The position numbers and the translations under genes were made by a program. Positions 10,173 to 20,628 of a stretch of DNA of 64,000 bases are shown in pieces (the first letter of the stretch is position 1; each line of letters opens with the position of its first letter). Below the pieces are notes generated by a model. That model made no database searches. It had not been told where the DNA came from and was given only the letters and a program-made list of their open reading frames with translations. Location: NCBI GenBank assembly GCA_034111445.1, contig JAWUXH010000028.1, positions 85,950 through 149,949 of the forward strand, given 5' to 3'. The stretch comes from Methylophilaceae bacterium (GTDB taxonomy: Bacteria > Pseudomonadota > Gammaproteobacteria > Burkholderiales > Methylophilaceae).

Positions 10173-11888
10173 TTATCGATGACGCATATTCATATGGCTG
10201 GTTAAGTCAATCACACGCATGACTTCGCTGATGCTGGTTGAACCATCCAAAATACGGCGAATGCCATCATCAGCTAAGGTAACAAAGCCTTTTTCATGAG
10301 CAACATTTTGTAGTTCATCTAAGTGCGCGCGGCGTGAAACAAGTGAATCAATATCATGGTCAATTCGTAATAACTCCATAATGGCCATCCGCCCTGCATA
10401 GCCATGGTCATTGCAATGTGGGCAGCCTTTGGCCTTAAACACTTTTGGTCTGGCTGATGGTTTAAGTCGTAGGATTTTACGTTCAAAGTCTTCAAGTTTA
10501 TGCGGTGTTTTGCAGTGTTTACAAAGCACACGGACTAATCGTTGCGCTAATACCCCAATAATATTGCCCGCTAAAATATCAGGCAATATGCCAATATCCA
10601 TCAGCCTTGGAAAGGCACCTAAAGCTGAGTTGGTATGGAGCGTGGTAAAGACTTGATGGCCGGTCATTGCCGCTCTAAAAGCCATGGTGGCAGTATCTTC
10701 ATCGCGGACTTCACCCACCAAAATAATGTCAGGGTCTTGCCGCATGATGGAGCGAATACCATTTGCAAAGTCCACCTTATTCACTTCAGAAACAGAAGTT
10801 TGACGCATGAGTGATACAGGGTATTCAACAGGATCCTCTAACGTCATGATGTTAACGGACTCATCATTACGGTGTGATAGCAATGAATACAAGGTGGTGG
10901 TTTTACCACTACCAGTGGGGCCTGTCACAATCACAATGCCTTCCGGGCGGGTGAGCATTAAATGCATTTCATCTAATGTTTCTTGGCGTAGGCCCATATT
11001 ATCTAAGTGAATAATTGATTTTTCACGATCTAATACACGTAAAACAATATTTTCACCGTGAATGGTTGGGTGTGTTGACACCCTAAAATCAATTGGGCGA
11101 CCACACAAGTTCATATTGAGGCGGCCATCTTGCGAGGCGCGTGTTTCTGAAATGTCTAAGCCACTAATTACCTTTAACCGTACGGCAACGCCGCCCCAAT
11201 AGCTTTTATGTAAGCTACGGACTTGTTGCAAAACACCATCAATACGGTAGCGAATTCTAAGGAAAGATTGTTCAGGTTCAAAGTGAATGTCGGATGCACC
11301 ACGTTTGACTGCATCCATGAGGAGTGAGCCAACTAAGCGCACGACTGGCTGCGTATATTCATCGCCATCAGCCGCTAGGCTTTGGTAATCAATTTCGCCC
11401 GTTTCTATTTCTTGTAGTATGCCGTCAACGGAAAGTTCATAACCATAAAATTGATCAATATACTCTTCAAGCTGTGCTTCTGCCGCTAATAGCGGCTTGA
11501 GTGTAATTTGTCCGCCAAGCATCGCGCGTAAATGGTCTAATGCCACAACATTAAACATATCTGCCATGGCGATCACCATGGTGTTGCTAGTCGCCTCAAA
11601 CGCAACGGGTAGTAAATGGTAACGACGACAAAAGTCTTGTGGTACCAGCTGCAACGCCTCTTTATCAGCGACTACGGTTGATAAATCAACACTTTCTTGC
11701 CCCATGGTTTGCGCGATGGTATCGCGCACCATGGCTTCAGTCACAAAGCCTAAGCGGACTAATTGACGGCCAAGCGGAATGTCACTTTTATCTTGCTCAA
11801 TTAACGCAATGCGGAGTTGATCTTGGCTGATCAACCCTTGTTGCGCCATGACTTCACCCAGTCGTAATTTTATTTGTTTATCACTCAT
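10173..11888 (-). CDS. GspE/PilB/MshE assembly ATPase with N-terminal MshEN domain
   Basis: ASDIHFEP, GPTGSGKTT, MRQDPDIILVGEVRD, two CxxC motifs; RLGEVMAQQGLI...Q motif. Confidence 0.95.
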   Translation of the reverse strand: MSDKQIKLRLGEVMAQQGLISQDQLRIALIEQDKSDIPLGRQLVRLGFVTEAMVRDTIAQTMGQESVDLSTVVADKEALQLVPQDFCRRYHLLPVAFEATSNTMVIAMADMFNVVALDHLRAMLGGQITLKPLLAAEAQLEEYIDQFYGYELSVDGILQEIETGEIDYQSLAADGDEYTQPVVRLVGSLLMDAVKRGASDIHFEPEQSFLRIRYRIDGVLQQVRSLHKSYWGGVAVRLKVISGLDISETRASQDGRLNMNLCGRPIDFRVSTHPTIHGENIVLRVLDREKSIIHLDNMGLRQETLDEMHLMLTRPEGIVIVTGPTGSGKTTTLYSLLSHRNDESVNIMTLEDPVEYPVSLMRQTSVSEVNKVDFANGIRSIMRQDPDIILVGEVRDEDTATMAFRAAMTGHQVFTTLHTNSALGAFPRLMDIGILPDILAGNIIGVLAQRLVRVLCKHCKTPHKLEDFERKILRLKPSARPKVFKAKGCPHCNDHGYAGRMAIMELLRIDHDIDSLVSRRAHLDELQNVAHEKGFVTLADDGIRRILDGSTSISEVMRVIDLTSHMNMRHR

Positions 11889-11939
11889 AAAAAATGCTTT
11901 AATTGATGCATGTTAAGCGGCTATACGCGCTATGAAAGT

Positions 11940-13202
11940 TTATTGTAATGCGTTGAGCCGTCCTTCTATTTGCGCGCGACTAGGCGCTGATGCACCAGAA
12001 AGCGTGACTAAATTTAAAGCGCGCTGATAATGCGTTGATGCAAGTTTAGCTTTGCCAAGGTGCTCTAAACTAATGGCTAAGTTAAAGGCATATTCAGCGT
12101 TTTGGCCATCATAACGATTGGCATTAAAATAAGCCTTTTGAGCTAGTGGCCATTGATTTTCACTGGCATATAAATTACCTAATGATGCATGGTAATTGGC
12201 TGTTTCTGGGTTGCTAGCAATCAAGCTTTTGAGGCGGCTAATTTGGCTCATGGTATTGCGTTGCGGGTGAGCGCTTGCGATGCCAGAAAGTGCAGTTGGG
12301 TTGCGGGGCTCAATCTCTAGTACTTTTTGATACCAACCAACGGCATCAGCCCCACGGTTTTGTCTTTGCGCAATCACAGCCATGCCAAGCAATGCATCCA
12401 CTTGCCTAACGTCTTTTTTAAGTACACTACGGTAAAGGGTTTTGGCGGTTGCATCATTGCCCTTAATGTAGGCGTCATAAGCATCTAATAAAGCTTGGTC
12501 TACGCTGGGCTGTTGCTTTTGAGTGACCACTTGTATAGCAGAAGCTTGCGCTGGCTTTTTAGCAGGGGACCTTACTGGGTTAGCCAGTGTGTTATTTGCA
12601 ATGGTTGGTTTTGGGTCACCAACGGAGTCGCTATTTTCAATTGGAGAGCTGGTGTCACCAATAATTGTTTTGGTTTGATTAAATACAGTGGTTTCACTGC
12701 TGGCAGTCTGATGAACGGCTGGTTTGATGATTTGTTGTGTTGGAGTACTAGCCGTACTTGTTTTAACTATTGTGCTTAATTGTTTTTCGGGTGGGTTAAT
12801 AGGGGCAACTTCCAACTGGTGTGCAATCACACTGTTCACGGGGGCGTGATCAATAGCTGCTTCATTTATATAAGGCTTATCTTGCGCTAGTAAAACTTCA
12901 GCATCATTGGCATTTAATGTGAGTAATTGAAAGCCAAACCAAGCAATACAAGCGGTAATGGTGAGTAATAAACCAATGATCGCTTTTGAAAAATGCGATT
13001 GAGACCTTTGTGCAGCACTGAATATATTGGCGGCTGCTTGTTGTTGCACAATGGTTTTAGCTCGTTTGGTATCAGGCCCAGTCGCTGTATCATCTAAAGA
13101 TTCAAGTTCAAGCATTGCTTGGTTTGAAGAGGATGACGATTGACCATTAACGAGCTTGTTATCTTGCTCGGCGCTGGCTAATGCTTTCATGAGTAAGCTC
13201 AT
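11940..13202 (-). CDS. TPR-containing membrane-anchored protein (MshN-like)
   Basis: MSLLMKAL start, one TM, low-complexity linker, C-terminal TPR repeats. Confidence 0.75.
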   Translation of the reverse strand: MSLLMKALASAEQDNKLVNGQSSSSSNQAMLELESLDDTATGPDTKRAKTIVQQQAAANIFSAAQRSQSHFSKAIIGLLLTITACIAWFGFQLLTLNANDAEVLLAQDKPYINEAAIDHAPVNSVIAHQLEVAPINPPEKQLSTIVKTSTASTPTQQIIKPAVHQTASSETTVFNQTKTIIGDTSSPIENSDSVGDPKPTIANNTLANPVRSPAKKPAQASAIQVVTQKQQPSVDQALLDAYDAYIKGNDATAKTLYRSVLKKDVRQVDALLGMAVIAQRQNRGADAVGWYQKVLEIEPRNPTALSGIASAHPQRNTMSQISRLKSLIASNPETANYHASLGNLYASENQWPLAQKAYFNANRYDGQNAEYAFNLAISLEHLGKAKLASTHYQRALNLVTLSGASAPSRAQIEGRLNALQ

Positions 13203-13210
13203 TTTGTAGC

Positions 13211-15025
13211 TTACCTTTCACCATCAGTTTCAATCGATTGCTGTAATTGCTGAGACGGTAGGTATTGTTTATAACCAGCTAACTCATCACTTTCTAAACT
13301 AGGGTTGCCAACCACGGTTGGCCGTAAGAAAATCACTAGCTCCGTTTTTTGAGTAAGGTCATCTCGCCCTTCAAATGCTTTACCGACGACAGGCACTTTT
13401 GATAGACCAGGCACACGATCAGAATTGCGCTGAATAGTGTCTTCCATCAAGCCACCAAGCACTGCGGTATTGCCACTACTAATCTGCAGCATTGACTCCA
13501 TTTCACGCACTTGAATAACTGGGATTTTACTCACAACGTTAAGGGCTTGTAATGAGGGGTTGGGGTCAACCACATCAGCAATTTTTCGTGTAATAGTGGG
13601 GCGCACATTAATGTTCACCATATCAGAGTCACTAATTTGTGGGGTAACGCTCATCACCACGCCAACGGGTACTGTGTTGGGTGTAGTTGTTACCGTGTTA
13701 GAACTACCCGCATTTGCCACCAAATTATTTTGTACTTGCACCGTGAAATACACTAAATTATCAACGACTTTTAGTACAGCTGTTTGGTTATTTAACACCA
13801 TGAGTTTTGGGCTGGATAATACTTTTGTATCACCAAACTGCTCTAACAAAGTAATGGATGAAGCAATATTGCCGAGTGAACTAACTGGGTTGATATAACC
13901 GACAGAAAAACCACTTGTTGCGGCATCAAGTGTTGGCCCTAAAGATTGTTGAAAGGTAAAACCACTACTATTGGCATTGTTGCCAAAGCGGCTCCAATCA
14001 ATGCCAGTTTGAAAACCATCTTTTAATGCGACTTCAACAATGGTGGCTTCAATTAATACCTGACGTTTAGCGCTACCCATGACTTGGTCAATAAATTCTT
14101 GCACACGCTCATGCTGTTTGTTGGTTGCACGCACACTAATCACACCAGACTCAGGGTTAGCAATGACTTTAGCGGCGAACAGTGTTTTATATTGCTCACG
14201 TTGGTATTCGCTATCGCGCTGCGCAATACTGCTTGCTTCAGCATTAACCGTATTGGTATCGCCATTATTACCCGCTACACTTCTACTGGTACTGGTTTCT
14301 GTTCCGTAGCGCGAAACCATCACCTCTTTATCTGTTTCTTGTAGCAAGTCTTTAATGTTCTGGATCAGTGTTTCCCATAAATGGTTACTGGCAGTGCTAT
14401 TAACTGAAGTGCGTGAGCTATTATTAGCACCATTACCTGAAACATTGCTAACTGAGCCGCCAGCACCGGATGTTTGTGAGTTGCTTGATATCTGGCCATC
14501 AGCCCCTATAAAGCCTTTGGTGTCGCGGGACATATTCACGTAATCAATTTTATAACTACGCAATGTTGGCATGTCTGGCGTAATGTTGAGTACGTTGTTA
14601 GCAATTTGATAGGTTAAGTCGACTTGCTTTGCGAGTCGTTCCAAAATGGCCGGTAAGGTTTGATCAACCGCATTCAACGTCACATTGCCTTGAATGGACG
14701 GGTGAATATCAATATTGATTTTGCTATCACGCGCAATGGCAAAAAGAACTTCTTTGACAGGCGTATCGTAGACCACCACACTATAAGTTTGTGGTTTTAC
14801 AGTTGGTTTTGGTGGTGGCAAGTAAACTTGATTAGTGATTGGTTTAGGAATATCACTAACAGGACTTGGTTTTTTTATCGCCGCTTTGGTGACTGGCGCT
14901 GCAGCTTCACTTGTACGATTTGTTTTGGAGTCAATGTGGCCAGTAGATGGCGTGATCGTCGTTTCATGCGCGCAAGCAGACATCACTAATGCCATTAAAA
15001 TGGCTGAATAGTTTTTTTGTCTCAT
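13211..15025 (-). CDS. secretin, MshL-like lipoprotein
   Basis: Lipobox MSAC; QVLIEATIVEV, SSPKLMVLNNQTA, VPGLSKVP, KTELVIFLRP; start moved to ATG 15025. Confidence 0.92.
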   Translation of the reverse strand: MRQKNYSAILMALVMSACAHETTITPSTGHIDSKTNRTSEAAAPVTKAAIKKPSPVSDIPKPITNQVYLPPPKPTVKPQTYSVVVYDTPVKEVLFAIARDSKINIDIHPSIQGNVTLNAVDQTLPAILERLAKQVDLTYQIANNVLNITPDMPTLRSYKIDYVNMSRDTKGFIGADGQISSNSQTSGAGGSVSNVSGNGANNSSRTSVNSTASNHLWETLIQNIKDLLQETDKEVMVSRYGTETSTSRSVAGNNGDTNTVNAEASSIAQRDSEYQREQYKTLFAAKVIANPESGVISVRATNKQHERVQEFIDQVMGSAKRQVLIEATIVEVALKDGFQTGIDWSRFGNNANSSGFTFQQSLGPTLDAATSGFSVGYINPVSSLGNIASSITLLEQFGDTKVLSSPKLMVLNNQTAVLKVVDNLVYFTVQVQNNLVANAGSSNTVTTTPNTVPVGVVMSVTPQISDSDMVNINVRPTITRKIADVVDPNPSLQALNVVSKIPVIQVREMESMLQISSGNTAVLGGLMEDTIQRNSDRVPGLSKVPVVGKAFEGRDDLTQKTELVIFLRPTVVGNPSLESDELAGYKQYLPSQQLQQSIETDGER

Positions 15026-15184
15026 TGTAAAATGATGCACGATAAACTTCACTAATGTTTCCCCCACAGGCACATTTGATGTAAATCTTATATTATTAAT
15101 AATACCGCAAAAACATCTGACTATTCTACCCTATCTACGATAGGCCGTTTTAACGACAATAGTTTACACATGCTGTACGGATAT

Positions 15185-16558
15185 TTAATGGTTAATTTCA
15201 GCTTGAATATTCCCAATCGTGCGGATAAATGGTGACTTGTTGTGCAACTGCCAAGGTAGCGTTTCGAGCCTTTGTTGTGCCTCAGCGTGGCTAGGATAGT
15301 GACCGTACAAAATAATGGTTTGTTGCGATGCATTATTCTGATGGCGATAAAGGTAGATTTTTGATAAATCAATTGCCTCACGGTGTTGGTTTAGTTCACT
15401 CATAATTTGTTTATCATTGATCGCCGTCATAATTTGAATAGAAAACGATTTTTCAGGTAAGGCTAATAATGCTTGTTTACTTTGTTCCATTTGCAACGCA
15501 ATATCGGTTTTTTTTGTAGTTGTCAGTTTGATATGGTCTTTGCTTAAATCAATGACTGATTGATTTTGTTGTGTTGGCGTTGTTTGAATGGGCGCTGATT
15601 TAGGCGCCTTTGTAGCGTTGCTAGGCATTTCATTATTGTCCCCACTAACCACAGTTGGTACTTTTGTGGACATGAAAATAAGCGCAGCGATTAAGCCAAT
15701 AATTAAAGCTGATGCAATCATAAAGTACAGTTTAAAGTTGACGGGCTTCTGACCAAACTCACTATCTTTAATAGCGGCTTTGACATGCTGTGGTGTGACT
15801 TGATAGCCATTTTCAGAAAATGCTGCCAGCAATGTTTTGTCTGCCAAAATATTCACACGCCTAATTAAACCATCACTAGCGGCAGCAATCTTTTTGATAG
15901 CCTTATTGCCAAATAGAGGTGGGCCGAAATAGCCTGCGGCACGTAGTCTGAAAATAAGATACTCGCCTATTTCAGTTGACTCTAATGGGCCTAGCGTGAA
16001 GCTATGCGTAATGCGGTCACGCAATTGTCTAATATCTAACTCATTTAGATTAATATCTAGCTCTGGCTGACCGAACAATACGATTTGTAATAATTTATCC
16101 TGATTGGTTTCTAAGTTGGATAACAAGCGAATTTCTTCAAGCGTTGCAATTGGCATTGCTTGCGCTTCTTCTACAAATATAACGGTTTGTTGCCCTTTTG
16201 CATGGCGCTTTAGTAAGTGGTTTTGAAGTAGCTGTAGCACTTTTAAACGGTCAGCATTACGCGGTAGTTTTAACTGTAATTCAAATGCAATGGCACGTAA
16301 TACATGTTCTGGTTCTACACTTGGGATCGCAAGGTAAATGCTTTCAATGGTTTCAGGGAGGTTCTTTTGCAGCATGCGGCAAATCATGGTTTTTCCGCTA
16401 CCGACTTCCCCTACGACTTTAATAATGCCTTCACCCTCTTTAATGGCATAGATAACCGCATCTAAAATAGCACCACGGTTGCCACCTTTGAAGAAGAAAT
16501 CAGTATTCGGTGTGATTTTAAAAGGGGCTTCATTTAAGCCAAAATGCGGGTAATACAT
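15185..16558 (-). CDS. ExeA/MshM-like AAA ATPase with C-terminal SPOR-like domain
   Basis: MY..HFGL.E.PF, GEVGSGKT, IVLFGQPEL, TM, SPOR-like tail. Confidence 0.9.
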   Translation of the reverse strand: MYYPHFGLNEAPFKITPNTDFFFKGGNRGAILDAVIYAIKEGEGIIKVVGEVGSGKTMICRMLQKNLPETIESIYLAIPSVEPEHVLRAIAFELQLKLPRNADRLKVLQLLQNHLLKRHAKGQQTVIFVEEAQAMPIATLEEIRLLSNLETNQDKLLQIVLFGQPELDINLNELDIRQLRDRITHSFTLGPLESTEIGEYLIFRLRAAGYFGPPLFGNKAIKKIAAASDGLIRRVNILADKTLLAAFSENGYQVTPQHVKAAIKDSEFGQKPVNFKLYFMIASALIIGLIAALIFMSTKVPTVVSGDNNEMPSNATKAPKSAPIQTTPTQQNQSVIDLSKDHIKLTTTKKTDIALQMEQSKQALLALPEKSFSIQIMTAINDKQIMSELNQHREAIDLSKIYLYRHQNNASQQTIILYGHYPSHAEAQQRLETLPWQLHNKSPFIRTIGNIQAEINH

Positions 16559-16570
16559 AAAGTGAGCGAC

Positions 16571-17995
16571 CTATTTTTCTTCAAGCGCATTCATGCGGCT
16601 ATATAAAGTAGTGCGGTTTACACCAAGCATTTTTGCGGCCTGACTTAAGTTACCATGGGTTATTTCCATGGCTGACTCTAAGTAAGCCCGCTCCCATGAT
16701 TTTAAGACGACATCGAGTTGTATGTTTGCTTGATTTTTCAAATGGCGTTTAGCATTTTCAGCCAGACTGACTGCATCGTTAACGTTAATCTGGCCTTCTT
16801 CTTGCACAGGCATGGTGAGGTCAAATTCTGCACTTAATTGATCTGCCGTGACTGTTTTTCCTGAGTACTTAGCGATTAGCCGAATGACAATATTCCTTAA
16901 TTCACGCACATTTCCAGGAAAATGGTAATCCAACCATAGTGCGCCAGACTCAATATCTAATCGGAAAGGCGTTTGCCCAATTTGGTCAGCATAAAACTTA
17001 ATAAAGTGTTGGCGTAGGATATGGCGGTCTTCACCCAAGTCACGTAAGGGCGGCGCATTCACCGTAAACACAGATAAGCGATGGTACAAGTCCGCTCTAA
17101 AGCGGCCTTCTCTCACCTCTGTACGTAGGTTACGATTAGTGGCGGCCACAATACGTACTTTACTTTTTCGGGTATGCGTTTCACCTACCCGCTGAAATTC
17201 GCCATTTTCGAGCACACGTAACAGTTTTGATTGTAAGTCTAATGGCAGCTCACCAATTTCATCTAAAAATAATGTGCCCTCACCGGTATCTTCAAAGTAA
17301 CCGCTATGGGCTGAAATGGCGCCAGTAAATGAACCTTTGCTATGGCCAAATAAAATTGACTCAGCTAATGCGGGTGAAATAGAGGCGCAGTTAATAGAAA
17401 AATAAGGTTTTTTAGCGCGCTGACTAGCCGTGTGGAAGTGTTTGGCAATGAGTTCTTTTCCGCAACCAGACTCACCTTCAATTAAGACCGGGAATGGTGA
17501 ATCTGCAAATTGTAAAATCTGCGTTCTTAATGCTTGCATGGGCAAGCTGCTGCCTAATAATATATCTTTTGTTGCTGTTGGTTCTGATGCGTTTTCTTCA
17601 ATATCTTGTACCACTAAAGCAGATAGTAGCTTCCCTTTTAGTTGATCGATATCACAAGGTTTGGCAATAAAGTCTAATGCGCCAAGGGATAAAGCCCGTT
17701 TGATATTCGACTCATCATTTTGGCCTGAGAGTACATGAATTTTAATTGAAGGTGTGTGGGCTAATAATGCAGAGACCACTTTGAACCCTTCTTCAGGGTT
17801 GTGCGGTGTTGGTGGTAAGCCTAAGTCAACTAATGCAAGTGCGGGTGGTGCAGCAAGTTGCTGTAATAAGCTCTTTGCTTGCGCTAGCGATTCAGCAACG
17901 TAGACTTCAAATGACTTACTTAATACAAAATGCAGGGTGTCAGTGATGAGTGGATCATCATCAATAATCATTAAGATCGGTCGAGTTTCTGACAT
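16571..17995 (-). CDS. sigma54-dependent response regulator (REC-AAA-Fis HTH)
   Basis: IDDD and VDLGLPP receiver, GESGCGKE, GSFTGA, FRADLYHRL, AAKMLGVNRTTLY. Confidence 0.93.
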   Translation of the reverse strand: MSETRPILMIIDDDPLITDTLHFVLSKSFEVYVAESLAQAKSLLQQLAAPPALALVDLGLPPTPHNPEEGFKVVSALLAHTPSIKIHVLSGQNDESNIKRALSLGALDFIAKPCDIDQLKGKLLSALVVQDIEENASEPTATKDILLGSSLPMQALRTQILQFADSPFPVLIEGESGCGKELIAKHFHTASQRAKKPYFSINCASISPALAESILFGHSKGSFTGAISAHSGYFEDTGEGTLFLDEIGELPLDLQSKLLRVLENGEFQRVGETHTRKSKVRIVAATNRNLRTEVREGRFRADLYHRLSVFTVNAPPLRDLGEDRHILRQHFIKFYADQIGQTPFRLDIESGALWLDYHFPGNVRELRNIVIRLIAKYSGKTVTADQLSAEFDLTMPVQEEGQINVNDAVSLAENAKRHLKNQANIQLDVVLKSWERAYLESAMEITHGNLSQAAKMLGVNRTTLYSRMNALEEK

Positions 17996-18142
17996 TAGTA
18001 ACCCTTTAGCTCATATTATGAATTAATTAGGTATTACTATAGTCTTAAAGTCTTAGTGTTTCAATGCGTAACTTTTATGAAATTAATGATTAAATTAAAC
18101 GCAATGACTGACTGATATATATATGGAGCAGTTACATAACCC

Positions 18143-19150
18143 TTATGCTACTGCTTCTTCTTTTTTAGAATTGTCGAATGCGCCAGCTTTAACCAGTGCT
18201 TCAAAGTCACGAATTTGGTTACGGCCATTCTTTTTTGCGTAATATAACGCTTGGTCTGCACGGTCTACGATTTGTAGTGTTGCATCAGACGATTGAATTT
18301 GCGTATAACCGATACTCACTTTCACATCACCGACTTTTGGAAAAGTGAAGTTAGCTATTTTTGTTCTAAACCGCTCTAACACTAAAGCAATGTCAGCTTT
18401 GTTTGCGCATTCAAAGACCGCAACAAATTCTTCGCCACCATAACGGAAAAGCATGTCTTTTTCACGGAATGTTTGCTGCATCATTTTTGAAAAGGTGAGT
18501 AACACTTCATCACCAATTAAATGTCCATAGACATCATTAATTTTTTTGAAGTGGTCAATGTCAAATAACGCTAAAAAGTAAGAACTGTTTGGTTTATCAT
18601 CTTGACGCATTTTAGTTTTGTGCATCGCAGTTAGAATTTTATTCAGCTTATATTCAAACGTCTTACGGTTCAGTAACCCTGTTAGGGTGTCGTGTTCATT
18701 ATCACGAATAATGCCAGCAAAATTTTGATATACCTGTAAGACTAATGCAATGGTATTGCTTAAGGCATCATCTTGAATAATGGCCTCAATTGCAATGACT
18801 GCAATCACTTCATGTTGTGAGTTTGTTAACGGGTATATGTTGACATCAGGCTGTCCATTGTTAGTGTAAACACAGTTCTCACAACTGATAAAAGCAACGG
18901 TTAATACATCTTTTAATGCTTGAGGTAGTTGTTCACCGTGTGCATTACGATCACTATCTGTTGTGGCGAATATTTGCTTATCTAGGTTTTTTGCATGGTA
19001 AATTTTAACCGCATTAACGACCTCGGTATTGTCAGGTGCAATCAATTCACAAATTGACTTTGCCAGTAAATATTCTAGCGAAACAAGATCGCGTTCCCTG
19101 GTTAATGAAATAAGCTTATTTAAGACGGCGTGTGTATGATTTTTTTGCAA
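18143..19150 (-). CDS. diguanylate cyclase (GGDEF)
   Basis: DTLTGLLNR, DIDHFK.IND.YGH..GD, REKD I-site, GGEEF. Confidence 0.92.
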   Translation of the reverse strand: MQKNHTHAVLNKLISLTRERDLVSLEYLLAKSICELIAPDNTEVVNAVKIYHAKNLDKQIFATTDSDRNAHGEQLPQALKDVLTVAFISCENCVYTNNGQPDVNIYPLTNSQHEVIAVIAIEAIIQDDALSNTIALVLQVYQNFAGIIRDNEHDTLTGLLNRKTFEYKLNKILTAMHKTKMRQDDKPNSSYFLALFDIDHFKKINDVYGHLIGDEVLLTFSKMMQQTFREKDMLFRYGGEEFVAVFECANKADIALVLERFRTKIANFTFPKVGDVKVSIGYTQIQSSDATLQIVDRADQALYYAKKNGRNQIRDFEALVKAGAFDNSKKEEAVA

Positions 19151-19269
19151 AATATTTAAGTGCTAATGGTTGATATTTAAAGGTACGGTTAGTCTACCTA
19201 GATACCGTGCTTAGCGATTGCATAATGAAAACTAAAATGATTGCTTAATCTTTGGGAATTAACTGCGGA

Positions 19270-20508
19270 TTAATGTAATTGTTGTAAATCGAGCTTGCGT
19301 AATTGAGGCGCAAATTTTGCTGTTACACCAACCACGCCTATTGTCATCAAACCACCAAAGACAACGGCTGGTACTAAACCCATGAAGCGGGCAGCAAGGC
19401 CAGACTCAAAAGCACCAATCTCATTTGATGAGCCGATGAAAATACCATTAATCGCAGATACGCGGCCACGCATTGCGTCCGGTGTAGCAAGCTGCAATAT
19501 CGTCTGCCTTAACACGACCGATACGCCATCAAAAACACCAGATAAAAACAACATGATCATGGCTATCCAGAATGACTGCGCAAGACCAAAGCCAATCATA
19601 CAAACACCAAAGCCTGCGACTGTTGCAAGCAGCCATTTACCAGTATTAATATTGATTGGGTGCTTAGCAAGCCAAAAACCAACCATGATGGCACCAATGG
19701 CTGGAGAGGCACGTAGGATGCCTAAGCTCTCAGGGCCAAGTTGGTAAATATCATGAATGAAGGCCGGTAACAATGCGACGGCACCACCAAAGAGAACAGC
19801 GAACATATCTAATGCGGAAGCCGCCAGTAGGATTTGTTTGTTAAAAACAAACCGTAAGCCTTCAGCAATACTGGCGAGCACATTCACATCATCATTTTTT
19901 GGTTTAGGTTCATCAATTTTTAATAACCAAATAGAAATGGCAGCGCCTAAAAACAACAGGCTAGCAACACCATAAGTGGCCGTGATGCTGGCAAAGCCGA
20001 TGAGTAAACCACCAAGCGCAGGACCAATAACTTGCCCACTTTGAAATAAAGAGCTGCCTAAGCCGCTGGCATTAGCAAAGTTCTCACGAGGAATAATCAA
20101 CGCAAATAATGTGTTGTAGCTAGGTGAAATAAAGGCGCGTGCAATGCCCGTAAACGCAATGGCTCCATAAATAAAATAGGTGATATTGGTATTGATGTAT
20201 TGATCGAGTAACCCTGCCGCAACAATTGTTAAGAATAAAGCATTGATCACAAGCATGACTGAAGCTAAGCTTGCGAAGAAACGTCTAGAACAGTGGTGGT
20301 CAACAGCATGACCAGCAAACAATGCGCAGCAAAAGTAAGTTACGACTTCAGCTAATCCAATTAAGCCTAATGATAAAGGGTCGCGGGTGATTTGATAAAT
20401 ATGCCAACCAACAGCAACGGCGATCATTTGGTAAGCCAATACCATTTGAAAGCGATAAGCGATAAGCTTGAGGAATGCGTGATTGTTTGCGGTGAGGAGC
20501 TTTTTCAT
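19270..20508 (-). CDS. MFS transporter
   Basis: About 12 hydrophobic segments; LFAGHAVD, MRGRVSA. Confidence 0.9.
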   Translation of the reverse strand: MKKLLTANNHAFLKLIAYRFQMVLAYQMIAVAVGWHIYQITRDPLSLGLIGLAEVVTYFCCALFAGHAVDHHCSRRFFASLASVMLVINALFLTIVAAGLLDQYINTNITYFIYGAIAFTGIARAFISPSYNTLFALIIPRENFANASGLGSSLFQSGQVIGPALGGLLIGFASITATYGVASLLFLGAAISIWLLKIDEPKPKNDDVNVLASIAEGLRFVFNKQILLAASALDMFAVLFGGAVALLPAFIHDIYQLGPESLGILRASPAIGAIMVGFWLAKHPININTGKWLLATVAGFGVCMIGFGLAQSFWIAMIMLFLSGVFDGVSVVLRQTILQLATPDAMRGRVSAINGIFIGSSNEIGAFESGLAARFMGLVPAVVFGGLMTIGVVGVTAKFAPQLRKLDLQQLH

Positions 20509-20614
20509 GAGCCGTGATTATAAGCGAAAGCATGGCGGATCAATCAAATTGTTAAGCAATGTTTTTCAGTTCAATAGTACAGATCATACAATTAGTTCAA
20601 TTTGGAACTGTTAA

Positions 20615-20623
20615 TGCTATGAT
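20615..20623 (+). promoter_or_regulatory. extended -10 element (TGcTATGAT) upstream of the ncRNA candidate
   Basis: Matches TGnTATAAT with one mismatch; ends 5 nt before the predicted 5' stem. Confidence 0.45.
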
Positions 20624-20628
20624 TCAAC

